Source of the DNA: Candidatus Bathyarchaeota archaeon
Lineage (GTDB): Archaea; Thermoproteota; Bathyarchaeia; 40CM-2-53-6; RBG-13-38-9
DNA length: 64,000 bases
Assembly: GCA_963807605.1 (NCBI GenBank)
Contig: CAWECG010000001.1
Location: 224,001 to 288,000 of the forward strand
Reading direction: 5' to 3'
A program made the translations under genes and the position numbers. Shown in pieces: positions 10,357 through 21,222 of the stretch (the first letter of the stretch is position 1; every line of letters begins with the position of its first letter). The notes beneath the pieces were generated by a model. The model was not told where the DNA came from and did no database searches. It worked only from the letters and a program-made list of their open reading frames with translations.

Positions 10357-13300
10357 CTACGTCAACGAACTTTGACGCTTAAACTTGGATCTTGGTCGTC
10401 GTAAAAGAAGATTCGCTGCAATCACCCCTACGACTAATGCTGATAGGTAACCTAAGTTGCTGTTGAATTCTGGGACGCTAAACATGAAGGACTGTAGTCT
10501 GAAATTGATTTGCGCATCCGATCCGTTCGATAGGCTGATTGCGGTTGAAGTAGGGTTGTAGTAGGGTAGGGAGGGGAATACTAGGTACTTGTCTTCTTGA
10601 AGCCACATGCTGTAGTATCCGTTGAGTGTGTAGGTGTAGTCACGTGTTTTTGATCCGACTGCGTCTATTGTCGCCCAGTTTATCGGGACTAGTACGCCGA
10701 ACATGTTGAGACTTGTAACGTTCCCGGTAAGGTGTGCCAGACGATTAAGGTCCATTTCTATGGTAGCTTGTCCACCCGGAGAAACAGTGACCATACTAAC
10801 AAAATATCCTTGTGAATAACCAGGTAGGTAAGCTAGAACCCTGTAGGAGCCGGGCGGCAGTCCATAGTCTGTTTGAATACGGCCGTCTGTCGCGTCGTAA
10901 TAGTTGACCCACCTGAGCGCTGGATCACCTGCATAACTACTGAAACCAGCAAGCTCCAAGGTGATAATTTTGCTGCTTGCCGGCACATAAGTGATATTGG
11001 CAGCTACGAAATTACCCAGCGAGTCGTAGAGCTCGGCGCGGAAAGGAACCCTAGAGAATGGATATGTGTCTATGCTTGCCGGTAGACCTTCCTTTTCTAG
11101 GATTACGGAAAGGTCGATTGTACTGCCTACTACAACATTTACTCCAAAGTCACTTGCGAGTCCATCAACTATGTTTATTGAAGAATTGTACATGTTCTCC
11201 TGATAATAGCCGATAGTGTAGACGTGAATTAGGTATTTGCCGCCGCGCAGCCCCGGAATTGTGACTGAAGCGCTACTGGAAAAGGGGTTCTGCCGAGTGA
11301 AGAATGTCCCGTATACTAATCCATTGTACTGGTCAACAAGGTCAACTCTTATGTTTGCACCAGGGTATTTCCAGATCTGAGGCTGTCGAGGCGATTGTGA
11401 GTTTACTGAGCGGACCGATAGCTGCAGGGATCCGAACTGGACAACATCAAGACTGGCTTCGATCATACTACAGCTAGCGGTCGTAACAGAGAAGTAGTAG
11501 TATTGAAAGAAATCGGGAGTAGTAACAGTAACATTGTAGGTTTCGTCTGGAAGTCCATAGTCGCGTAAAGTGCCAAGAAACCCTGTTACGATTACATCAG
11601 CGGATTTCGCTCCCTTTGCAACAGTAGTGTAATTCTCACCCCGCAATATTGCACTCTTATCATAGAGTTCAACCGTGACTGTCTCGGAACGCGGAACACC
11701 ATTAACAAGAGGAGTTCCTTGCGGAAAGTCTTTGAAGTCAATACGAATGTCAGCTGACCCAGAACGAAAAACGTCAAAATCAACTTGTACAACTGCTGGG
11801 TTAAGATACGATGAGAAATCAACTATCGTATCATTTGGTTGAAGGTACTGATTAATCCAAACCCTCACCTTGTAAGGCTCCGGCAGGATTCCTGCAACGT
11901 AGCCCGAAAAATCCTGTGGTATATGCCCGTCAAGTTCAGTCGATCCATCATATGTAAAATTGTAACTAAGTGAATTCGGATCCGTAACATTCTGGAGAAG
12001 ACGCCATGAATTATCGAGGGAATCAAGGATCTCAATTGTGACTGGTCTAGGATATAGCGCTGGAACACGCGCCAAAGATTTATTCCATAACGAAGATACG
12101 GAATTATAGTCGGAAAAATTATAAGCGCTTGGGCTATAAGAGTTCCCGCCAATAAGCGCATAGGTCAAATCGTTACTTGTGTCAAAGGTCAATGAGCCTC
12201 CTGGTCCAATATTAATCGGAGTAATGGGTAGTGTGGACCAAGCGGTAGCGGGAGGCGCGCTTGGATTATAACTCAAGAAGGTGTTGGTGCCTCCACCTTC
12301 GAGCGCATAGATGAGGTCGTTCGAGCTGTCGAATGAAAGGGATCCGCCTGCGCTTATTACCACTGGTGTAGTTGGGGGAGTTAAGGGAGTGTTCCATGAA
12401 TTGGTCGTCGGATTATAACTCCAAAAATCGCTGGTACCGCCACCCCTTAATGCATAGAGATTGCCATTATTGGAGTCGAATACTAAGCTGCCGCCTGCGC
12501 CTACGAGGTTCGGGGTTGTGGCAACCGACGGCCATTGGTTAAGGGTTGGAGAGTAACTGTAGAGGTCAGTCGTGTTGCCGATCAGTGCGTATAATATACC
12601 AGTATCAGAGTCGTATGCGATCGAGCTCCCATTTTGCTCTGGAATTTGGCGCCCGTTAGTGCCTGTAAGAGATTGCTCAGTCTGCCACTGATCGATGGTA
12701 ACATCATAAGCCCATAAGGCACTTGAGCCTCCTCCTTGAAGAGCGTAGATGTACTCTGACCCATCGTAGGCAAGCGATCCTCCCCCTCCAACTTGACCCG
12801 GTGCTGGCGATACAAACGTCCACTTGTTGGAGACCGTGTTATACTTGAGGAAGTCAGAAGTCCCATTCCCCCGAAACGCGTAGATAAAGTCCCCCTGTGC
12901 GCATCCTCCTCCGCCGACTACAGAGGTACTGCCAACGTATGCGAATGCAGCACCGAATCCCGGTGCGGAATGATTGGCTATGAAGCCCCATGGCACTGGC
13001 ATGTTTTCGCATTTGGACCGTACAATCCCTTCAAGCGTGGGACAGGAGGTAATGCACAAGTCTATTCCATCCGCTGATTGTCCTGGACGAACTGTGACAA
13101 GGTTATTCATAATTGTGGGCCAATACCCCGACGCATAGGCGGTAAGATTGTAAGTTCCAGCAGCCAGACCGTAAACAGTATAATGGCCAAGAGCTGAAGA
13201 ATTGAAGAAGGCTTGGCCAACAACTTTTCTCCCGTCAGGTGTTACTCCTTCAGCGATGACTTTTCCGCCGTCTAAGCAGCCAAGCCGAAGCGGACCTCCG

Positions 13301-13986
13301 TAGTAGCCATATCCATAGCCATAATTGTATCTGAAGAGGTTACTGCTGCAATCAACAACCGTTCCAGATATGTAGGCAGGATTTGGATCGGCGGAAACGA
13401 CTAAGATTGGGAAGTTTTGCCACCCTATCGACTTTCCATCTATAAAGGCCTTGAAGAAGTATAGTCCGACAATGCTGGGGGCTGTGACATTAAACAGCCT
13501 GACGAATTGAGGTATACTGGCATTGATACTGCCTGTTCCGTTTCGGATTTCGATTCTATACCAGAGGGGGGCTATGGGATCACGATTTGAAAGTGTTCTT
13601 AGCGAGATGTATCTGTAGTTGTTCGTTATACTGCTCCAGATATAGCTCGAATTGGGTCCCAGCACAAACTCAGGAGGAATGTAAAGATCGATGGTTCGAA
13701 AAATCGCTGAGCTCAATGTCACGTTGAAGAGGAGGTCACCAATAGTTTGTTGGAGTACCATACCCTCCGGATATTCGAGTTTAACTTGGGCTTCAGATGT
13801 GTTAAGATAGTCGTTGTGTGCGGGGAGGTTGTCATATACACCGCCAGGAATCTGGCCTGGCGAAACTTTGACAGGGCGCGTGTTTGTAATGGCAGCGCTG
13901 GCACTGCTAGTAACTAGAAAATTGAATAAGAGAAGAATAAGCAGTGAGGTTACGAATAATCGTCGCAGAGCTAATTTCTCCATCAT
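10357..13986 (-). CDS. Large secreted surface protein: carboxypeptidase-regulatory-like beta-sandwich domains, Kelch-like propeller, PEF-CTERM-like anchor
   Basis: Signal peptide; about 6 repeats of GGSL..D....YAL.GG.....W.Y.P....W; C-terminal VPEF + TM helix + RRPRSK. Confidence 0.75.
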   Translation of the reverse strand: MMEKLALRRLFVTSLLILLLFNFLVTSSASAAITNTRPVKVSPGQIPGGVYDNLPAHNDYLNTSEAQVKLEYPEGMVLQQTIGDLLFNVTLSSAIFRTIDLYIPPEFVLGPNSSYIWSSITNNYRYISLRTLSNRDPIAPLWYRIEIRNGTGSINASIPQFVRLFNVTAPSIVGLYFFKAFIDGKSIGWQNFPILVVSADPNPAYISGTVVDCSSNLFRYNYGYGYGYYGGPLRLGCLDGGKVIAEGVTPDGRKVVGQAFFNSSALGHYTVYGLAAGTYNLTAYASGYWPTIMNNLVTVRPGQSADGIDLCITSCPTLEGIVRSKCENMPVPWGFIANHSAPGFGAAFAYVGSTSVVGGGGCAQGDFIYAFRGNGTSDFLKYNTVSNKWTFVSPAPGQVGGGGSLAYDGSEYIYALQGGGSSALWAYDVTIDQWQTEQSLTGTNGRQIPEQNGSSIAYDSDTGILYALIGNTTDLYSYSPTLNQWPSVATTPNLVGAGGSLVFDSNNGNLYALRGGGTSDFWSYNPTTNSWNTPLTPPTTPVVISAGGSLSFDSSNDLIYALEGGGTNTFLSYNPSAPPATAWSTLPITPINIGPGGSLTFDTSNDLTYALIGGNSYSPSAYNFSDYNSVSSLWNKSLARVPALYPRPVTIEILDSLDNSWRLLQNVTDPNSLSYNFTYDGSTELDGHIPQDFSGYVAGILPEPYKVRVWINQYLQPNDTIVDFSSYLNPAVVQVDFDVFRSGSADIRIDFKDFPQGTPLVNGVPRSETVTVELYDKSAILRGENYTTVAKGAKSADVIVTGFLGTLRDYGLPDETYNVTVTTPDFFQYYYFSVTTASCSMIEASLDVVQFGSLQLSVRSVNSQSPRQPQIWKYPGANIRVDLVDQYNGLVYGTFFTRQNPFSSSASVTIPGLRGGKYLIHVYTIGYYQENMYNSSINIVDGLASDFGVNVVVGSTIDLSVILEKEGLPASIDTYPFSRVPFRAELYDSLGNFVAANITYVPASSKIITLELAGFSSYAGDPALRWVNYYDATDGRIQTDYGLPPGSYRVLAYLPGYSQGYFVSMVTVSPGGQATIEMDLNRLAHLTGNVTSLNMFGVLVPINWATIDAVGSKTRDYTYTLNGYYSMWLQEDKYLVFPSLPYYNPTSTAISLSNGSDAQINFRLQSFMFSVPEFNSNLGYLSALVVGVIAANLLLRRPRSKFKRQSSLT

Positions 13987-14021
13987 TTGCTTTTGTCATA
14001 TTTATCTTCTATCAGGCTTTA

Positions 14022-15275
14022 TCATTCATATTTGAGGGCTAGAACAGCATTCATTCTTGATGCACGCCAGGCAGGGTAGAACCCTGCAAGAACAGCAAGT
14101 GCAATTGGGAAAGTCAAGGAGAAGATGAACAGTTGGGTGGAAAAGATTGGAGTATAAGAGCTGCTAGAGGCTGGGACTGGGGCTCTGCCGCCGCCGCCAA
14201 AGCCACGTCCGCCGGTGTTGATGGTGAAGGAGGAGGAGATGCCCCCGCCAAGCATGAAAGATAAAACTATGCCGAATAATGTTCCGATTATGGCACCTGC
14301 TACTCCTGTAAGCGCAGCTTCAGAGAGGAATAGTGACAAGATCTGCTTTGGCTTGTAACCAATAGCCTTCATTATCCCAATTTCACGTGTTCTCTCCATT
14401 ACGGAGACGAACATGGTATTAGCAATTCCTATAGCTGCAACCACCAAAGTCACCACGGCCACCCCGCCTAAGAAGAGTGTCAGCGACCCCGTAATTGTTT
14501 GAACAGTCTGAAGCATGGCAGTGGAACTGAAGACCCTCGCATTACCCCCGAAGTAGCTTTGTATTGAAGTAGTTACATCGTTCACGTTATCCGCTGAGTC
14601 AACCATGACATACATACCGCTATAATATTTTACTCCGAAGATCGTGCGGGCTGACATACTCGTAAAAATACATGCATCAAGGTTCGTAAATCCCACAGTG
14701 CCGTAAGGAGCCATGATCCCCTTAGCAACGAAGGTATAACTCGGGGCGGCGCCTCTACCAGTTGCCATGCCTTGAATAGTGACCATACCGTTTACCCCTA
14801 CTGGCGGAAAACCACTGTCGTTAGGTGGGTTGGCTACTTCTGTGCCTATTACTGCACCTGTAGGGTCAAACCCACCAACTGTGGTGCCCTCGACGAATGT
14901 AATACCTCTGTAGAGTGATGTGAGTTTCGTCTGGTCCAATCCAATAAGTTGGATCGGTAGAGAGTTGCTGCCATAGTTGATGCTTAATCTTTCTTGGAAA
15001 TATGGAATAACATCTTGTACATCAGCCATATTCCTGACTACTGCGACATCCTGATCCCTGATAGGAGTTCTCAGTGAGGTTGAGGAAACAGTCAATGTTG
15101 TGACTCCAATCTTGTCGATTTGAGTTTGAACGCTTGCGCTCAGGCCGCTGGTTGAAGCGACCAGCGCTACTATCAGAGAGCAGCCGATGACTATTCCAAG
15201 TATCGTAAGGGCACTGCGGAGTTTCCGATCCTTCAACGCTTTGAAGGCCATATGATAATAGTCGTTGATACGCAA
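14022..15275 (-). CDS. MacB/FtsX-family ABC permease, copy 2
   Basis: RSALTILGIVIG, GIANTMFVSVMERTREIGIMKAIG, YPAWRASRMN. Confidence 0.93.
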   Translation of the reverse strand: MRINDYYHMAFKALKDRKLRSALTILGIVIGCSLIVALVASTSGLSASVQTQIDKIGVTTLTVSSTSLRTPIRDQDVAVVRNMADVQDVIPYFQERLSINYGSNSLPIQLIGLDQTKLTSLYRGITFVEGTTVGGFDPTGAVIGTEVANPPNDSGFPPVGVNGMVTIQGMATGRGAAPSYTFVAKGIMAPYGTVGFTNLDACIFTSMSARTIFGVKYYSGMYVMVDSADNVNDVTTSIQSYFGGNARVFSSTAMLQTVQTITGSLTLFLGGVAVVTLVVAAIGIANTMFVSVMERTREIGIMKAIGYKPKQILSLFLSEAALTGVAGAIIGTLFGIVLSFMLGGGISSSFTINTGGRGFGGGGRAPVPASSSSYTPIFSTQLFIFSLTFPIALAVLAGFYPAWRASRMNAVLALKYE

Positions 15276-15277
15276 GG

Positions 15278-15526
15278 CTAGCTTCCGCCTGTTGAATCCC
15301 TCAAAATCACTAACCCGAAAATACCAAAGAAGAATCTGAAGATTTGCCCCAGGTCTGTCATCAGCGCTTGAAATGGGCTTCTCTCCGCAGTGCGCCTTGT
15401 GACGGCCGTGTTAACCGGCGCAGTAACTTCGAAAGTATCCTGCCCGTAATACGTCACAATACTTCGACCTCCAGACAAATTCGTGAACGGCTCCTGCAAA
15501 AACAGCCTCTCACTAACTCTTGTCAT
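15278..15526 (-). pseudogene. Internally deleted, in-frame duplicate of the 16806-17795 gene
   Basis: LFLQEPFTNLSGGRSIVTYYGQD joined directly to the C-terminal PFQALMTDLGQIFRFFFG...RDSTGGS of the paralog. Confidence 0.8.
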
Positions 15527-15548
15527 AATTATCTTCTATCAGGCTTTA

Positions 15549-16802
15549 TCAGTCATATTTGAGGGCTATAACAGCATTCATTTTTGATGCACGCCAGGCA
15601 GGGTATAGCCCTGCAAGAACAGCAAGTATGATTGGGAAAGTCAAGGAGAAGATGAACAGTTGGGTGGAAAAGACTGGGGCATAAGAGGTGCTAGAGGTTT
15701 GGACTGCGGGTCTGGGAGCGCCGCCAAAGCCACGTGGCTGGAAGTTGAAGGAGGAGGAGATGCCCCCGCCAAGCAAGAAAGATAAAAAGATGCCGAATAA
15801 TGTTCCGATTATGGCACCTGCTATTCCTGTAAGCGCGGCTTCATAGAGGAATAGTGACAAGATCTGCTTTGGCCTGTAGCCAATAGCCTTCATTATCCCA
15901 ATTTCACGTGTCCTCTCCATTACGGAGACGAACATAGTATTAGCAATTCCTACAGCTGCAACCATCAAAGTGACCACAGCCACCCCGCCTAAGAAGAGTG
16001 TCAGCGACCCTGTAATTGATTGAACGGTCTGAAGAAGGGCAGTGGAACTGAAGACCCTCGCATTACCCCCGAAGTAGCTCTGTAGTGAAGCAAGCACATC
16101 GTTTACGTTATCCGCTGAGTTAACGATGACATACATACCGCTATAATATTTTATTCCGAAGAGAGTGCGGGCTGACATACTCGTAAAAATAGATTCATCA
16201 AGGTTCGTAAATCCTACAGTGCCGTAAGGAGCCATGATCCCTTTAGCAATGAAGGTATAAGTCGGGGGGGCGCCTTTACCTTTACCACTTGAGGTGGCCT
16301 GAATAGAGACCAGACCGTTTACCCCTATTGGCGGAAAACCACTGTCGTTAGGTGGAAAGGCTATATCTGTGCCTATTACTGCGCCCGTAGGGTCAAACCC
16401 ACCAACTGTAGTGCCCTCGGCAACCGTCAGACCTTTGTAGAGTGATGTGAGTTTCGTCTGGTCAAATCCCACAATACTGACAGACAGCGTGCTGCTGCCA
16501 TAGTTGATGCTCGATCTTTTTGAGAAATATGGAATAACATCTTGTACACCAGCCATATTCTTGACTGCCGCAACATCCTGATCCGTGATAGGAGTTCTCT
16601 GTGAGGTTGAGAAAACCTGCAAAGTTGTCACTCCAATCTTATCGACTTGAGCTTGAACGCTTGCGCTCAGGCCGCTGGTTGAAGCGACCAGCGCCACTAT
16701 CAGAGAGCAGCCGATGACTATTCCAAGTACCGTAAGGCCAGTGCGGAGTTTCCGATCCCTCAACGCTTTAAAGGCCATATGATAATAGTCGGCGATACGC
16801 AA
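15549..16802 (-). CDS. MacB/FtsX-family ABC permease, copy 1
   Basis: Same motifs as copy 2; largely colinear 417-aa paralog. Confidence 0.93.
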   Translation of the reverse strand: MRIADYYHMAFKALRDRKLRTGLTVLGIVIGCSLIVALVASTSGLSASVQAQVDKIGVTTLQVFSTSQRTPITDQDVAAVKNMAGVQDVIPYFSKRSSINYGSSTLSVSIVGFDQTKLTSLYKGLTVAEGTTVGGFDPTGAVIGTDIAFPPNDSGFPPIGVNGLVSIQATSSGKGKGAPPTYTFIAKGIMAPYGTVGFTNLDESIFTSMSARTLFGIKYYSGMYVIVNSADNVNDVLASLQSYFGGNARVFSSTALLQTVQSITGSLTLFLGGVAVVTLMVAAVGIANTMFVSVMERTREIGIMKAIGYRPKQILSLFLYEAALTGIAGAIIGTLFGIFLSFLLGGGISSSFNFQPRGFGGAPRPAVQTSSTSYAPVFSTQLFIFSLTFPIILAVLAGLYPAWRASKMNAVIALKYD

Positions 16803-16805
16803 AGG

Positions 16806-17795
16806 CTAGCTTCCGCCTTTTGAATCCCTCAAAATCATGAATGCGCCGAGACCACCAAAGAAGAATCTGAAGATTTGCCCCAAGTCTGTCATCAGCGTTT
16901 GAAATGGGGTTCTCGCCACTGCACGCCTTATGGGCGTGGTAACCGGCGGAACAACTTCCAAAGGTATCGTGAAAAGATCATTGTGAATTACGTTCAGCGA
17001 ATCCAGATATGTAACAGATACTTCCACGGGATAAATTCCTGGAGTCGTTGTTCGCTTGACTTGAATCGTGCCGCTGAAAGGCCTTGGAACATTCGGGTCA
17101 GCCTCTCCGACATATACAAATGCTCCTCCAATGAAAGCTGGTGAAGAAATTGAAACGTTTGTGTTGCCCAGAAGTACAGTTGCGAGGTCTACAACAGTTC
17201 CTGATATTGTGAGGTTCCCGCCTGGACTAATCGTGCTGGGGTAGACGCTCACGGAGAATACGCTTGAATAAGTTCTTTGCGTAATGAGAGCGGGAATATC
17301 CATATTTATTTGTTCACTGAGGTATAATGTCGCTCCGGTTCCGGGAACTACTTGGAGATAATTCGCCTCCATCTTCAGGACATGCATCCCAATGCTTGCG
17401 TTGCTGGCAATGTTCAGGAGGAATTCAGTTTGAGCAACCCCGCCGGGCGATATATCCTGCCCGTAATACGTCACAATAGCTCGACCTCCAGACAAATTTG
17501 CGAACGGTGCCTGCAAAAACAGCGTCTCACTAAGACCCGTCGATGTACGATTGCCAATGTTTTGTACGCTCACATAGAGCGGAAGATTCATGTCACCCGG
17601 GCTCGCGTATATCGAACTGCTTGCGTTTGGGGAGCCCCACAAGCTATTCACAACCTTCAACGTCGAAGGGGCTAAGGGCGGGTAAGGTGGAGGTTGAGCC
17701 GCTACTCTACCATTATCATGCGTCTGAAGGGATACTGTGGTACACGCAATCCACAAAACGATCAAAATCTGAATATATCTGCGCATTTGAACCAA
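16806..17795 (-). CDS. Secreted Ig-like (COG1361/S-layer-type) protein of a MacB-type ABC operon
   Basis: Signal peptide, VQNIG, PGIYPVEVSVTYLDSLN, hydrophobic C-terminus; position between ATPase and permease. Confidence 0.65.
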   Translation of the reverse strand: MVQMRRYIQILIVLWIACTTVSLQTHDNGRVAAQPPPYPPLAPSTLKVVNSLWGSPNASSSIYASPGDMNLPLYVSVQNIGNRTSTGLSETLFLQAPFANLSGGRAIVTYYGQDISPGGVAQTEFLLNIASNASIGMHVLKMEANYLQVVPGTGATLYLSEQINMDIPALITQRTYSSVFSVSVYPSTISPGGNLTISGTVVDLATVLLGNTNVSISSPAFIGGAFVYVGEADPNVPRPFSGTIQVKRTTTPGIYPVEVSVTYLDSLNVIHNDLFTIPLEVVPPVTTPIRRAVARTPFQTLMTDLGQIFRFFFGGLGAFMILRDSKGGS

Positions 17796-17808
17796 GCTTA
17801 ATTCACCA

Positions 17809-18525
17809 TTAGCTACGTTCTTCTCGTTCTATTACTCCATCACGTAGAATTATTCGTCTCTGAGTTTCGGAGGCAATCTCAATATTATGCGTCACCAAAA
17901 CAAAAGTTGTATTCAAACGCTTATTGACATCTATGATAATTTTAAGGATTGCCATAGCGGTCTTGGTGTCGAGGTTGCCTGTCGGCTCGTCGCCCAGAAC
18001 AATAGCTGGATCTGTTGCCATAGCACGAGCGATTGCTACCCTCTGCTGCTCCCCGCCACTCAACTCAGCAGGCCGATTCAGGCTTTTAGAAGCTAGACCA
18101 ACCTCACTCAAAGCCTTGATGGCATGATCCTTGCGTTTTATTGGATCTGCACCTTGAGCTATCAGAGGCAGCTCAATATTCTCCACAGTATTCAGCCGAT
18201 GAATCAAATTGAACGACTGGAAAACAAAGCCTATGCGTTCATTCCTCATTACTGCAAGTCTCTCTTCGCTCATCTTCGAGGTATCCTGTCCCTCAATCAA
18301 CACCTTTCCGCTACTTGGTCTGTCAAGCAGCCCCATCAGTTGAAGCATAGTGGATTTTCCACTTCCTGAAGGCCCTAAAATAGAGACAAGCTCGCCTTTC
18401 TCAATCTTAATCGAAACCCCACGTAAGGCCTCAAAACGCATTCCGCCTATCTTATAGACCTTAACCAGGTCTCTAGTCTCAATCGCTGGACTGTTGTTGT
18501 TCCTCTTCAACGATTTTTCTCCCAC
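17809..18525 (-). CDS. ABC transporter ATP-binding protein (LolD/MacB-type)
   Basis: [34 protein letters not shown]. Confidence 0.95.
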   Translation of the reverse strand: MGEKSLKRNNNSPAIETRDLVKVYKIGGMRFEALRGVSIKIEKGELVSILGPSGSGKSTMLQLMGLLDRPSSGKVLIEGQDTSKMSEERLAVMRNERIGFVFQSFNLIHRLNTVENIELPLIAQGADPIKRKDHAIKALSEVGLASKSLNRPAELSGGEQQRVAIARAMATDPAIVLGDEPTGNLDTKTAMAILKIIIDVNKRLNTTFVLVTHNIEIASETQRRIILRDGVIEREERS

Positions 18526-18874
18526 GTATTCTCAATGTCAAACGGGCTGCAACAAAGACTAGCAGAATTACTAATACACCGACTACAAAAGAGATAGCCA
18601 AGAAACTGGTTACACTCTGAGCAGCTACCTGACCACCAGTAAAAACACGAGGTGTGGCCGTAGATACAGCCTGCGATGCACCCTGAGGTGTATACTGCGT
18701 GGTTGTTGGGCCTGGGAAAGCATATAGAAGAACGGCGTTAGCGAGGTTGCCCAATCCTCCGAGTATAGACCCTACGATGATAAACTTCCAACTCACATCT
18801 GCTTTTGTCTTACTAAGGACTAAGCCAATCATAATTCCCGCGATTAATAGAGGCAAGATCGTTGGTGTAGGCAT
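18479..18874 (-). CDS. Small membrane protein (3 TM)
   Basis: Three hydrophobic segments; first gene of the ABC operon. Confidence 0.65.
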   Translation of the reverse strand: MPTPTILPLLIAGIMIGLVLSKTKADVSWKFIIVGSILGGLGNLANAVLLYAFPGPTTTQYTPQGASQAVSTATPRVFTGGQVAAQSVTSFLAISFVVGVLVILLVFVAARLTLRIRGRKIVEEEQQQSSD

Positions 18875-19286
18875 ATCTCATCTGACCTGCACGATTGTCA
18901 ATTGCAAGTATATTAACTGATCATGAATCGTACATTATATTCTTGCGTTGAGCAGAAATGCATTCTTTCCGCAGAGCTGAGTAGCGGGGGGAGTCTCATT
19001 ATAAGAGCGTTGTGGAACAATGTTCAGCTATCGCGTGCGCTAGAGCATCCGATAGTGAAGATTACGTGCAGTGACAGTAACAAGCATTTAAAACGCAGCT
19101 TGAGTTTACATGATATAGTGAATATCGATACGCAAACATCTGTTCGACATACCTATTAGGAACTGCTGTTCTCCGAGATAGCTCGTGCGATTGAGGAGTT
19201 TAGGACGATCATCTATTCCTCATTAACACTCCATCTAGGTTTGAAATAGTCTTCGCATTTGCAGTTCGAGGTGTTGACTTAGAAAC

Positions 19287-20285
19287 ATGGAATTCGCCGT
19301 CGATGTCAGGAATCTCACAAAGGTCTATGAGGACAAGACTAGGGCACTGGACGGTGTCGATCTAAAGGTTGAGGCAGGAAAGATATTTGCTTTGCTCGGC
19401 CCCAACGGGGCTGGAAAGACGACGTTGATGAGAATTCTAACTACTCAGATTAAGCCCATTGCTGGTGAAGCATACGTCTCCGGATTAGATGTTCTGCGAA
19501 AGGATTCCGAAGTTAGAAAAGTAATTGGCTATGTTCCTCAAGAGATGAGCGTTTGGACTGATATTACTGGCTTTGAGAATCTTCTCATATACGCAAAGAT
19601 CTATGGTATCCCTTCCGAACAGCGGAGAACACTTCTTGACAACGCTCTGGAGGATATGGGGCTAACTGATTTTAAGGACCATCTCGTCAAAACATATTCC
19701 GGTGGAATGATAAGAAGGCTGGAGACTGCATGTGCTTTACTGATTAAGCCGAAGATTCTATTCTTGGACGAGCCTACTATTGGCCTGGATCCTGCCGCAA
19801 GGAAGATTGTCTGGGAGAAGCTTATGGAATTTAAGAGAGAGTTTGGGACGACAGTATTCTTTAACACACACTATATGGATGAGGCCGATCTCTACTCCGA
19901 TGAAATAGGCATAATCCACGGGGGCAAAATAGTCAAATCCGGTTCACCCGACGCACTAAAACATTCCCTCGGGGGAGAGGTCCTTCTATTCACCCTAGAG
20001 AGCGATATTGATTTCGAGGATATTCGTAATAAGATGAGAAAACTAGCTTTTGTCAGTGACACACTGATCAATGATTTAGAACTGAGAGTGATCGTTGAAG
20101 ATGCGGAGACTGCGCTACCACATGTTATGGAAATCTTGAGAAGAGAGAATATTCATATTCAGAAAATCTCGTTGAACAAGCCGACTTTAGATGATGTTTT
20201 TCTAAGATATGCGGGGAGCAGGCTTGAGTCTGACCATGGGATTCGCGAGATCAGGCAAGTGAGAAGCATGATTAAGCGGGGGTAA
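19287..20285 (+). CDS. DrrA-type ABC exporter ATPase
   Basis: GPNGAGKTT, YSGGMIRR, LDEPTIGLDP, THYMDEAD, C-terminal PTLDDVF. Confidence 0.93.
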   Translation: MEFAVDVRNLTKVYEDKTRALDGVDLKVEAGKIFALLGPNGAGKTTLMRILTTQIKPIAGEAYVSGLDVLRKDSEVRKVIGYVPQEMSVWTDITGFENLLIYAKIYGIPSEQRRTLLDNALEDMGLTDFKDHLVKTYSGGMIRRLETACALLIKPKILFLDEPTIGLDPAARKIVWEKLMEFKREFGTTVFFNTHYMDEADLYSDEIGIIHGGKIVKSGSPDALKHSLGGEVLLFTLESDIDFEDIRNKMRKLAFVSDTLINDLELRVIVEDAETALPHVMEILRRENIHIQKISLNKPTLDDVFLRYAGSRLESDHGIREIRQVRSMIKRG

Positions 20286-20308
20286 GCATAACGAATTTCT
20301 TCAAAAAT

Positions 20309-21052
20309 ATGCTTGTCATGATCGAACTTGAACTTAGACGAATAAGACACGATAGAACTGAGATATACACACGTGCGGTTCAGCCAATTTTGTGGATAGT
20401 TGTTTATGGAACCATAATGAGCAGTGTCAGAGCGATACCGACCAACGGAATCCCATATATCGATTATATAACTCCAGGGGTTCTCGTCCAATCAACGACT
20501 ATGATATCCATTTTCTATGGCCTGATCATGGTGTGGGAGAGGGAATCTGGCATTTTGAAGAAGCTTTTCGTTACACCGACCTCAAGGTACGCAATAATCA
20601 TAGGCAGATCTATGGCATCAGGCGCTAGAGCGCTATTCCAGGTGTTTATAGTCGTGCCAGTTGCTCTTTTGATAGGTGTTAAATTCGTGATTAACCCTCT
20701 TTATTTCATTGTAGCTCTCCTTGTGATATTCTTCGCATCAGGAGGATTCGCATCAATTTCTATCCTTACGGCCACTTTCATGAAAACCAGAGAAAGGTTC
20801 ATGGGAATAGGTCAAGCCATTATTATGCCACTTTTCTTTGCTAGTGACGCTTTATACCCTATTACAATGATGCCCCCCGCAATACGCTATTTCGCGATTG
20901 TAAATCCATTGAGTTACGAAGTGGACGCTGTTAGAGGGTTATTGATAAGTGGGGATTTAACAAACCTATTACTAGACATCGTAGCCATAGGATTGTTCGA
21001 CGTGATACTTTTCACTCTGGCCTCAGCAAATTCCAGAAAGATAATAGAATAG
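20309..21052 (+). CDS. ABC-2 type permease (DrrB-like)
   Basis: About 6 TM helices, WERESGILKK, NPLSYEVDAVR. Confidence 0.9.
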   Translation: MLVMIELELRRIRHDRTEIYTRAVQPILWIVVYGTIMSSVRAIPTNGIPYIDYITPGVLVQSTTMISIFYGLIMVWERESGILKKLFVTPTSRYAIIIGRSMASGARALFQVFIVVPVALLIGVKFVINPLYFIVALLVIFFASGGFASISILTATFMKTRERFMGIGQAIIMPLFFASDALYPITMMPPAIRYFAIVNPLSYEVDAVRGLLISGDLTNLLLDIVAIGLFDVILFTLASANSRKIIE

Positions 21053-21222
21053 TTTGTTCTGCACACGCGAACAAACGAGAAATTACTTCTTAAGTCATGA
21101 AATCTACAATTAAGGATGGAAATTTATGGATATGAGAATCAAAGAGGAATTTACTGCACTCTAGTAGTCTTGCCTTTGAGACAGTTGTATTGTTTCACGA
21201 ATCCGTTAAACCCACCTCAATT

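Noticed and set aside
18923-19250. Expected PadR/MarR regulator before the DrrAB-like pair
   Set aside because: The 78-aa ORF shows no HTH pattern; unsupported
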